Origin: Elusimicrobiota bacterium
Lineage (GTDB): Bacteria; Elusimicrobiota; Elusimicrobia; UBA1565; UBA9628
Direction: 5' to 3'
NCBI GenBank assembly: GCA_027319565.1
Contig: DAHVNA010000018.1
Coordinates: 1 to 37,428 of the forward strand
DNA: 37,428 bases
The notes beneath the pieces are model-generated. The model made no database searches. It saw only the letters and a list, made by a program, of their open reading frames with translations, and was not told the origin of the DNA. This document shows, one piece after another, positions 17,802 through 25,981 of this stretch; position 1 is the first letter of the stretch, and every line of letters begins with the position of its first letter. Both the position numbers and the translations under genes were made by a program.

Positions 17802-17808
17802 ACCGCGC
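17792..17808. terminator. Short GC hairpin over convergent stop codons (GCGCGG-ctaaa-CCGCGC)
   Basis: 6-bp all-GC stem. On the minus strand it is followed by CTTTT, a possible intrinsic terminator for the lyase gene. Confidence 0.35.
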
Positions 17809-19051
17809 GCAATGCCGTCTCGATATCCTCGAGAATATCGGAATAGTTTTCGACTCCGACGGAAAGGCGAATCATGTTTTCGCCGATCCCTAAACGCTGA
17901 CGAAGCTTAGGCCCTAAATCGACATGGGTCATTGTCGCCGGATGCTGGGCCAAGGATTCCGTTCCGCCCAGACTGACGGCGAGCTTAATGAGTTTCAAAG
18001 AGTCCAAAAATTTAAACGCCTGTTTTCTGCCGCCCTTAATATCGAAAGAAATCATCGAACCCGGCCCCATGCACTGAGACGCATAGAGACGCCCCTGAGG
18101 GGTGTCGGCGGGCAATAAACTTGGATAATAGACGCGCTCAATCTGAGGGTGTTTCAAAAGGCGTTCCGCGATCCGAGAAGCGTTCTGAGCCTGTTCGGTC
18201 ATCCTCATTTTAAGGGTCTCTAAACTTCTAAGCAAAAGCCAGCCAGTCCAAGCATCCGCCATGCATCCTAAGAACGCGCGCAAGGCTCGAATCCGTTCAA
18301 GCAAATCTTTTTTTCCAAGACAGACTCCGGCAATCAAGTCGCTGTGACCGCCTAAAAATTTGGTCGCGGAATAGAGGACCAAATCCGCCCCCAAAGACAG
18401 CGGTTTTTGCCATAAGGGCCCCATAAAAGTGTTGTCGACGGCGAGGACGACCTTTCTTTTTGAGCTTGAGCATTCGGCCGCGAATTTGGAACAGGCGGCG
18501 ATGTCCACCAAATCGTTGGTCGGGTTGGCCGGAGTTTCGACAAAAATCATGCTTAATTTCTTTTTCCCGCCCATGCGATTTAATTTTTCAATCGCGGCCG
18601 AAGGCCCCAAGGCCGCGGGAAAGGCAATAGGCTTAATCAAAAAGCGCGGCAAAATTTTCTCAAAGAAATGCGCCGTCCCTCCATAAAGTGGCTCGCTGTA
18701 TAAAATGATATCCCCCGGAGAACAAAGCTCAAAAACAGTCGTCGTAATGGCCGCCATTCCACTGGAAAAAACCGCGGCGGAATCGGCCTCATCCCACAGG
18801 CAAAGCCTGGATTCCAAAATTTCAAGATCGGGATTATTGATGCGGCTATAAATCAACCCCGGACTTTCTTTTGATTTTTTCGGGCGCAAGCCATATGCCA
18901 GCTCAAAAAAAGATTGCCCCGATCGCGCGTTTTTAAAGACAAAAGTCGAGGTCTGAAAAATCGGGCATTTTAAAGCGCCCTCGGACCACTCAGGCTGGTA
19001 GCCATGCGTCATCATCAAACTTTCCGGATGTTTTATTTTCCTCATGGGCAT
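17798..19051 (-). CDS. PLP-dependent methionine gamma-lyase / cystathionine gamma-synthase family protein
   Basis: HPESLMMTHGY, CPIFQTSTFVF, IYSRINNPDLEILE, FSSGMAAI, LYGGT, ETPANPTN, VDNTF, PLP-lysine YSATKFLGGHSD, AVSLGGTESL. Start is 19051 or 19045; ATG 19063 overlaps a TACAAT -10 box. Confidence 0.9.
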   Translation of the reverse strand: MPMRKIKHPESLMMTHGYQPEWSEGALKCPIFQTSTFVFKNARSGQSFFELAYGLRPKKSKESPGLIYSRINNPDLEILESRLCLWDEADSAAVFSSGMAAITTTVFELCSPGDIILYSEPLYGGTAHFFEKILPRFLIKPIAFPAALGPSAAIEKLNRMGGKKKLSMIFVETPANPTNDLVDIAACSKFAAECSSSKRKVVLAVDNTFMGPLWQKPLSLGADLVLYSATKFLGGHSDLIAGVCLGKKDLLERIRALRAFLGCMADAWTGWLLLRSLETLKMRMTEQAQNASRIAERLLKHPQIERVYYPSLLPADTPQGRLYASQCMGPGSMISFDIKGGRKQAFKFLDSLKLIKLAVSLGGTESLAQHPATMTHVDLGPKLRQRLGIGENMIRLSVGVENYSDILEDIETALRAV

Positions 19052-19117
19052 ACCCCTCTTCATTGTATTTCAACGCGGTCCTGTTTGTCCAATTCTTATT
19101 TTTGATAGGATAAGACC

Positions 19118-20101
19118 ATGCCCGCGCAATTAGACGATGTCTCTTCGGCCAAAAAAATACAAGAGGCCAAAGCGGCCATTCTCTCGGAAATTTCAAAGGC
19201 TATTATCGGCCAAACCGAGGCCATCGAAGAAGTCCTGATCTCTCTTTTTGCCCGCGGACACTGTCTGATCATGGGGGTTCCCGGCTTAGCGAAAACCTTG
19301 CTTATTTCCAGCCTCGCCCAGGTTCTTGATCTCAAGTTTTCCCGGATACAATTTACTCCGGATTTGATGCCTTCGGATGTGACGGGTTCCGAAATTCTCC
19401 AAGAAGACCCCGCAACCCACCAGCGTTCGTTTCGCTTCGTGCCCGGCCCTATTTTCGCGAATATGATTCTAGCCGACGAAATCAACCGCACTCCCCCCAA
19501 GACACAGGCCTCGGTCTTAGAAGCCATGCAGGAGTTTCAAGTCACCGTCGCGGGCTCAACCCGGGCGCTGCCGCTTCCGTTTTTTGTCATGGCCACTCAA
19601 AACCCTATCGAACAAGAAGGCACCTACCCTCTTCCCGAAGCGCAGCTCGACCGCTTTTTTTTACAAATTAAAATGGGATACCCCAGCGAAGAAGAAGAAA
19701 GGCTTATTATCGCTAAAACCACCGGGCACAACCCAACGTCTCTCAACAAGGTCCTTTCCGCTCAAGACGTCTTAAATTATCAAACCCTGGTTCGCAAAGT
19801 TCCCCTTTCGGATTCCGCCGCGCGCCTTGCCGTCGGCATCGTTCGCCAAACTCGCCCCGAAGATCCCGCCGCGCCCGATTTCATCAAAAAATGGATCTTG
19901 TGGGGGGCCGGCCCACGGGCCGGGCAAGCGTTGGTTCTGGGCGCCAAGGCCCGAGCCATTCTTTCCGGGCGGCTTGCCGCCACCGAAGAGGATGTCAAGG
20001 CCATTTCCCATCCCGTTTTACGCCATCGTCTTATCCTCAATTTCCAAGCGGAAGCTGATGGAATCCGCTCAGACGATATCATATCGCGCTTAATACATTG
20101 A
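19118..20101 (+). CDS. MoxR family AAA+ ATPase
   Basis: Walker A GVPGLAKT, RIQFTPDLMPSD, Walker B LADEINRTPPKTQ, ATQNPIEQEGTYPLPEAQLDRF, WGAGPRA, LRHR. Confidence 0.96.
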   Translation: MPAQLDDVSSAKKIQEAKAAILSEISKAIIGQTEAIEEVLISLFARGHCLIMGVPGLAKTLLISSLAQVLDLKFSRIQFTPDLMPSDVTGSEILQEDPATHQRSFRFVPGPIFANMILADEINRTPPKTQASVLEAMQEFQVTVAGSTRALPLPFFVMATQNPIEQEGTYPLPEAQLDRFFLQIKMGYPSEEEERLIIAKTTGHNPTSLNKVLSAQDVLNYQTLVRKVPLSDSAARLAVGIVRQTRPEDPAAPDFIKKWILWGAGPRAGQALVLGAKARAILSGRLAATEEDVKAISHPVLRHRLILNFQAEADGIRSDDIISRLIH

Positions 20102-20126
20102 GTCTTTAAAAATCTCTCAATAAAAG

Positions 20127-21011
20127 ATGAGATACTTAGACACTATCACCATTGCCAAGCTCAAGGGGTTGCGGCTATTCCCGAAAAACTTAATCCATTC
20201 CAGCGAGGCGGCGGGCGCCCACAAAAACCCGACGCGAGGATTTTCAAGAGATTTTTTCCAGCACCGCCCCTATGTCCCCGGCGATGATCCGCGAACCCTA
20301 GACTGGAAAGTTTACGCGCGACTTGATCGCTTTTATGTCCGGGAGTTTGAATCGGAAAATCTGTTCAACAGCCAAATCATCGTGGATCAGTCCCGCTCAA
20401 TGTCTTTTCATTCGGATTCCAATCCCCCCAAATGGGATTACGCCTGCCGGCTGGCCATGGCGCTTTCATGGATCGGTCTCTCGCAAGGAGACGCGGTCGG
20501 GCTTATCTCGGTCTCCGATAGAGCCGAAATTGAAATTTCCCCCCGCCCCGGCTTTCAGCGTTTGGAGATTTTAGACCAACGCTTATCCGAAACCGCGCCC
20601 CATGGATATTTCTCTCCGGAAACCGTTCTGCCGCCGCTTATTTCCCGAATTAAAAAGCGCTCGCTCATTATTTTCATTAGCGACTTAATGGGAGATACGG
20701 AAAAATTCATCAAGGGAATCGTATCCCTTAAAACCGGAAGAAATGAAGTCGTAGTTTTTCACGTGCTCGACCCGAGAGAAAGAGACCTGGGCTTTGAAGC
20801 TCCGGTGCTTTTCCACGATCTGGAAGAAGAAAGCGAGATAGCGGTCGGAGATCAGGAGTTTCGCCACAAATATGCGGAAGAATTCGACAAACAAATGAAA
20901 ACCTATCAAGGCGCTCTCCATCAGAATCAAATTTCCCACCATCTTTTTCCGACCGACAGGCCTCTGGAAGAATCCCTTGGGCGATTCTTAAGGAAAAACG
21001 CCGGAAAATGA
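20127..21011 (+). CDS. DUF58 domain (vWA-like) MoxR partner
   Basis: GAH...RGFSRDFFQHRPYVPGDDPRTLDWKVYAR, MIDAS-like DQSRSM, GDAVGL, FISDL, DPRE. Confidence 0.92.
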   Translation: MRYLDTITIAKLKGLRLFPKNLIHSSEAAGAHKNPTRGFSRDFFQHRPYVPGDDPRTLDWKVYARLDRFYVREFESENLFNSQIIVDQSRSMSFHSDSNPPKWDYACRLAMALSWIGLSQGDAVGLISVSDRAEIEISPRPGFQRLEILDQRLSETAPHGYFSPETVLPPLISRIKKRSLIIFISDLMGDTEKFIKGIVSLKTGRNEVVVFHVLDPRERDLGFEAPVLFHDLEEESEIAVGDQEFRHKYAEEFDKQMKTYQGALHQNQISHHLFPTDRPLEESLGRFLRKNAGK

Positions 21012-23758
21012 GCTTTCTTTCTCCGCTCGTTTTGTGGGCTCTGCCCGCCGCTTTAATTCCATGGCTGATCAACATCTGGATACAAAAGACCGGGCGCAAA
21101 ATAGAATTTAGCGATCTCTATTTGATTCGAAAAATCAAATCCCAGACTCTCTCTCAATCAAATCTCAGAAATTCAATTTTAACTCTTCTTCGCTGCGCGA
21201 TTATTTTCCTGTTGATTTTTTCCTACGCCGGTCCCATCAAGTACGGAAGCGCGACCAAGAAAACCCGCATTGATCTAGCGGTCTTAATTGACGAGTCTTA
21301 TTCCATGGGATATCTTGAAGGCGGAAAAACGCGCTTTTATTGGCTGATGAAATCCCTCTCAAATCTTCTTAAACAAATGAAGCCGCAAGACCGAACGCTT
21401 TTAATTCCTTTTTCCGATGGTATTTCCCTTCCGATGAAGGATCTTGCCTGGGAGTCTCCACTCTCAAGCCTTAAAAATTTAAGCTCACTCAATGTGGGAT
21501 ATGGAACTACCGATTTTAATTTTCCGCTTCAAAAACTCAAAAGTCTATGGCCCGACGCGGATGAGGAGAAACACATTGTTTTAGTTCTCTCGGACGGAGC
21601 CCAGCACGGTTTTCGCAGCCCTCAAGAGAAATTGAGCCGAAGTTTTGGCATCAACTGGGGCCCCCGACAAGAAAACTCATACATCGACTCGGTAAAAATT
21701 TCAAAACCCTTCGATCCAAAACGTCCGACCCTGACTCTTTTTATCCATAGCCGAAAGCCCAACACTCTGACACTGACCACTTTCTCAGGCCAGAGAACTC
21801 AAATCTCAATTCCTGGAGATGCGGGAATTGTCGCCCACGCCTTGCCGCTTCCGCAAGAAAATTTGGAAACATCCATTGTCGGGAAAGCTTCCCTCAGAAA
21901 AGATTCTCTGCCCATTGACGACTCTTTTTTCTTTTCCTTTGCCCCGCCGCGGCAAGCCTCCCTTTTGTGCCTTTACTCGGACCCTTCATTTTTAGAGCCT
22001 CCGCATGCCGGATACTTCCTCAAAAAAATTCTCAAGTTTTCAGCGCACGGATTTTTACCCTACCAGATTTCGTTTCAAGAAGCGGGACCGGAAGCTTTTT
22101 CCAATTTAAGCTCCTACCAAGCGGTAATTCTGACGCGCTCCGGCATTATTTCCAAAGCGGAAACGCGAAAACTTCAGGAATTTCTAAGACAAGGAAAGGG
22201 TCTATGGATCATGCCCTCAAGCGCTTCCTCTTTCAAGAATCTCTCTTCTCTGGATTCTTTTCTCCCCGCAGGAATCGGCCCCGTCGTCAAAGGAGAATCA
22301 GCGGGAATCAAGGTTCCCAAATCCCTGTTCGATCAAAACTGGCGCGGGTTTGATTTATCCCAGATTGAGATATCTCAATATCATCTCTTGGAAAGAAAAG
22401 CCAGCGGAGAGGTCATGCTCAAGTCTCCGCGGGGATATCCGCTTTTAATCTGCTCGAAAAACTCACCTGTCTGCGTCTCCGCCTTTTCTCTTGGAATTGA
22501 AGATTCAAATCTGGCCGCACAACCGGCTCTGTTGGCTTTTCTACGCCTGGTGTTTGAAAAAATCGCGGGCCCGGTTCAGGCTCCGGAATCCTACCAGCTG
22601 AGCGTCGGCGACCCCATCAAAAAGAAATGGGGCAAGAACTCGGCCGCCCCCGAAATTGTCCTGCTAAAAACTCCCGACGGAAAACAAATCAAACTCCATG
22701 TCAAAAACCGCTCCCTCTTTTTCCCGGAGACCCGCATTCCCGGAATTTATGAACTCGACGCGGGAAACCGCCGGCGTTTTTTTTACGCCGTCAATGTAAA
22801 CCGGAAATTAAAGGAAAGCGATCTCTCGCCGGCAAACAAACCGCCCTGGAAGCTTCTCGGCGTTCACTCCTGGCCGGAGGAATTTCTAAGGGATTTAAAG
22901 GGCCAAAACGAGCGCTCTTTGATCCTCTTTTGGGCTCTAGCGCTTTTTTGCGCGGAAATGATCTTATCTTCAAGAAAAAAGAAACCCCGCGCCTCTAAAG
23001 CCGCCTTCTCCTTGAAAAAAGTTTTTCCATTTCTTTTTCTCTTTTTATTTTGGAATCCTTTGAGAGCCTCGGCCGAAGACGCCGACCCCTTTGTTTGGGC
23101 GCAACTCAAAATCGGCCCCAACTGGGACCCTTATCCCAACGCCTACCATTCTATTCTCTCTTTTGTCTCGCAATTGACAAGCATCGTGGTTTCGCCCAAA
23201 AGAAGAATTCTTTCTTTGGAAGATCCCAAGCTCTTTTTGTCTCCCATGGTCATTCTCGCCGGAGAAGAAGCTCCGCGGAATCTCACGCCCAAAGAAATCC
23301 ATATCCTTTCCGATTATATCCGCGCCGGAGGAATTCTCTGGATTGAAAATGACTCGGGAGTCGCCGGCGGGGCCTTTGAAGAATGGACGCAGTCGACTCT
23401 CTCTCAAGCCTTTCCTCAACTCTCACTCCAGCCCGTCAAGCCTGACAACATTCTTTTTAAGACTTTTTTCTTGATGCGGGAAGCTGGGGGTCTGCGCTCC
23501 GAGAATCCAGGACTTGAGGAATTGGACTACAACGGCCGGATTGCCGTGATCTACGACCGCAACGATTTACTGGGAGTTTGGGAAGAAGACGCGCTCGGAC
23601 ACCCTCTTTATCCCGCCATTCCCGGAGGGGAACGCCAAAGAGAATTGGGACAACGCCTGACGCTTAATATTATTCTCTATGCCTTAACAGGCGATTATAA
23701 AGCCGATGCGGTTCATCAGCCCTACTTGATTGAAAAAATGCGCTCGGGAATTCCCTGA
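21008..23758 (+). CDS. BatA N-terminal + vWA + GATase-like membrane protein fused to C-terminal DUF4159
   Basis: BatA-type start MSFLSPLVLWALPAALIPW..IEFSD; MIDAS DESYSM..TTD..LSDG; LQEFLRQGKGL; PGIY; TM helices; DUF4159-like tail (LSDYIRAGG..LTLNIILYALTGDYKADAVH). Confidence 0.85.
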   Translation: MSFLSPLVLWALPAALIPWLINIWIQKTGRKIEFSDLYLIRKIKSQTLSQSNLRNSILTLLRCAIIFLLIFSYAGPIKYGSATKKTRIDLAVLIDESYSMGYLEGGKTRFYWLMKSLSNLLKQMKPQDRTLLIPFSDGISLPMKDLAWESPLSSLKNLSSLNVGYGTTDFNFPLQKLKSLWPDADEEKHIVLVLSDGAQHGFRSPQEKLSRSFGINWGPRQENSYIDSVKISKPFDPKRPTLTLFIHSRKPNTLTLTTFSGQRTQISIPGDAGIVAHALPLPQENLETSIVGKASLRKDSLPIDDSFFFSFAPPRQASLLCLYSDPSFLEPPHAGYFLKKILKFSAHGFLPYQISFQEAGPEAFSNLSSYQAVILTRSGIISKAETRKLQEFLRQGKGLWIMPSSASSFKNLSSLDSFLPAGIGPVVKGESAGIKVPKSLFDQNWRGFDLSQIEISQYHLLERKASGEVMLKSPRGYPLLICSKNSPVCVSAFSLGIEDSNLAAQPALLAFLRLVFEKIAGPVQAPESYQLSVGDPIKKKWGKNSAAPEIVLLKTPDGKQIKLHVKNRSLFFPETRIPGIYELDAGNRRRFFYAVNVNRKLKESDLSPANKPPWKLLGVHSWPEEFLRDLKGQNERSLILFWALALFCAEMILSSRKKKPRASKAAFSLKKVFPFLFLFLFWNPLRASAEDADPFVWAQLKIGPNWDPYPNAYHSILSFVSQLTSIVVSPKRRILSLEDPKLFLSPMVILAGEEAPRNLTPKEIHILSDYIRAGGILWIENDSGVAGGAFEEWTQSTLSQAFPQLSLQPVKPDNILFKTFFLMREAGGLRSENPGLEELDYNGRIAVIYDRNDLLGVWEEDALGHPLYPAIPGGERQRELGQRLTLNIILYALTGDYKADAVHQPYLIEKMRSGIP

Positions 23759-25965
23759 TGAATTCATTTTCTCTGATTTGGCATGTCGGCCTTTGGACCG
23801 GTCTTGCATCATTAGCCCTGATTCTATCGCTGATTTGGCATGTCTTTTCCTCGCCCAAAAACCTGACGCTGATTATTTTGCGCATAATCGGCGTTTTGGC
23901 GCTTCTCGCCGCGGCTTTAAACCCTGAAATCGCCCTTAACCACTCTGTCTTTAAAAAGCCGCAACTTCTCATACTTATTGACCGCGGACACTCCATGGGC
24001 GGGCCCGCCGGCAAATACAACCGCCTGACCTCCGTTCAAAAATGGTTATTGCAAAATAAAAATCAAATTAAATCCAAAGCCGAAGCGTCTCTCTTTACGC
24101 TCGCATCCAACGCCAAAAACTTGTCTTCATTTAAGAACCTGGGCTCTTTAAGTCTCTCGCAAGCCGATTTTTCCCCTCAAGGCTCTCTCTTGGCAGTCAA
24201 AGACCAAATTCAAAATCTAAACCCTCAAAGAATCTGGCTCTTTTCCGACGGCAACGCCCCTAAAGAGGATTTTCTAGCCGCCGCTCAAGGGCTTAAAATT
24301 CCCATCGATTCAATCGCCGTCGGGAGAAACATCGACAAAAAAGGTTTTCTGATCCGAAAAATTGAAGCTCCCGATTTCGCATTTTTGCATGGAAAATTTA
24401 ATTTTGGAGTCCAAATTGAGACTCAAAACCTCAGAAAAGTTCCCTGCCAGTTAAGTCTGTCCAAAAAAACGTCGGGTTCCTCTCAATGGAAAATTCTTTC
24501 CCAATTTCAGTTCACCCCTTCTTCAAATTACGAGTCTTTTAGCGACAGTTTCACCGCTATCGCGGAACAACTGGGAAGCGAAAAATATCGTTTTAAGCTT
24601 GAGGCGGCGGGTATTTCTCCCGTCAAGAGGGAAATGGCGCTTCCAGTCATCCGGCAAAAATACCGCATCATGTATTTAGCCGGGCGCCCCAGCTATGAAT
24701 ATTCGTTTTTAAGAAGATTTATCAAAAAAGACCCCCGGCGGGAACTGGTGAGTTTTGTCATTCTCAGAAACCCGCAAAACCCGGTTTTTATTCCAGACAA
24801 TCAGCTCTCCTTGATCCCCTTTCCGGCTCAAAATATTTTCTTAAGAGACATCTCTCAATTTGATCTCTTCATTCTTGAGAACTTTTCCGCTCAAAAATTC
24901 AACTTACCCGCCGTCTATCTTCAGTCTTTGACCAATTACGTTCAAAAAGGCGGCGCCCTTTTGGTGCTGGGAGGCCAAAACGCGTTCTCCGAAGGCGGCT
25001 ACAAAAACACTCCGCTGGAAGAGGTTCTTCCGGTCAGGTTATCTTCTCAAATTCCTGATTTCATTTCGGAACTCTTTACCCCTCGTCCGATTTCCTGGAA
25101 GCATCCCTTAGTCGATCTCTATTCCGACCCCCATCTTTCAGAAACGATCTGGAAAAATCTCCCCCCATTGAAAGGCTTTGGGCTTTTCTCCGCTTTGCAG
25201 CCGGACTCAAGCCCAGTCCTCATTGATCCAGATCAAAAAATGCCCTCCGGAGATCCGCTTCCGATTTTGGCGGTCAGAAAATTTGGACAAGGGCGGGTCA
25301 TGGTCATTAGCGCCGATTCTCTTTGGAGATGGAAATTACAAAACGCCGAGAAAGCCCAAGGCCGAAATTTTTATGATCGATTCTGGTCTCGGGTCATCGA
25401 GTATATGACAAGAACCTTAAGCCTTTCCCATGTCAGATTTTCCCCCATTCCCGATGAAATCGCGCCCGTTGAGCCGGCCCATTTCTTTTTTAGCGTCTTT
25501 GACAATGATTTTTCCCCCATTCCCGCGGGAAAAGCGGCGCTCTCGGTTAAGTGGCTTAAACCCGGAAAAACCCAACAGACATTGACGCCTCAAATGATTA
25601 GACCCGGCTCATATGAAATTTCATTGACAGGAATCCCGACCGGGACCAACAGAATAGAAGCCTTCGCCTATAGAAATTCCCGGCTTTTGGGCAGCGATTC
25701 AATTTCTTTTGACTGGAATCCCGATAAAAACGATTCTCCGGTTCGAAGAACGGTCCTCAAAAAAATCTCCTCTGATTCTGGGGGGCAGTTTTTTGAACTT
25801 GAAAAGACCTCCGCGCGTGATTTATTGAATTTTCTTCCTCAACCCAAACCCCGCTATCAAATCAAGCGCCGTTTACGTCCCTTTGAGTCTCCGCTTTGGC
25901 TGACTTTATCGGCCTTCATCCTCATTCTGGAATGGATATTAAGAAGAAAGCAAGGACTGCCTTAA
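23758..25965 (+). CDS. Membrane protein with degenerate vWA, Ig-like and GATase1-like domains
   Basis: N-terminal TMs; DRGHSM..FSDG; RIMYLAGRPSYEYSFLRR; YVQKGGALLVLGG..GGYKNTPLEEVLPV; FGQGRV..SLWRW; C-terminal LEWILRRKQGLP, typical of MoxR-DUF58 clusters. Confidence 0.85.
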   Translation: MNSFSLIWHVGLWTGLASLALILSLIWHVFSSPKNLTLIILRIIGVLALLAAALNPEIALNHSVFKKPQLLILIDRGHSMGGPAGKYNRLTSVQKWLLQNKNQIKSKAEASLFTLASNAKNLSSFKNLGSLSLSQADFSPQGSLLAVKDQIQNLNPQRIWLFSDGNAPKEDFLAAAQGLKIPIDSIAVGRNIDKKGFLIRKIEAPDFAFLHGKFNFGVQIETQNLRKVPCQLSLSKKTSGSSQWKILSQFQFTPSSNYESFSDSFTAIAEQLGSEKYRFKLEAAGISPVKREMALPVIRQKYRIMYLAGRPSYEYSFLRRFIKKDPRRELVSFVILRNPQNPVFIPDNQLSLIPFPAQNIFLRDISQFDLFILENFSAQKFNLPAVYLQSLTNYVQKGGALLVLGGQNAFSEGGYKNTPLEEVLPVRLSSQIPDFISELFTPRPISWKHPLVDLYSDPHLSETIWKNLPPLKGFGLFSALQPDSSPVLIDPDQKMPSGDPLPILAVRKFGQGRVMVISADSLWRWKLQNAEKAQGRNFYDRFWSRVIEYMTRTLSLSHVRFSPIPDEIAPVEPAHFFFSVFDNDFSPIPAGKAALSVKWLKPGKTQQTLTPQMIRPGSYEISLTGIPTGTNRIEAFAYRNSRLLGSDSISFDWNPDKNDSPVRRTVLKKISSDSGGQFFELEKTSARDLLNFLPQPKPRYQIKRRLRPFESPLWLTLSAFILILEWILRRKQGLP

Positions 25966-25981
25966 TTTATAATAAGTCTAA

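Noticed and set aside
19118..25965. MoxR/vWA cluster as a novel anti-phage system
   Set aside because: No nuclease, effector or mobile context is present; the architecture matches the widespread MoxR-DUF58-BatA-DUF4159 clusters.
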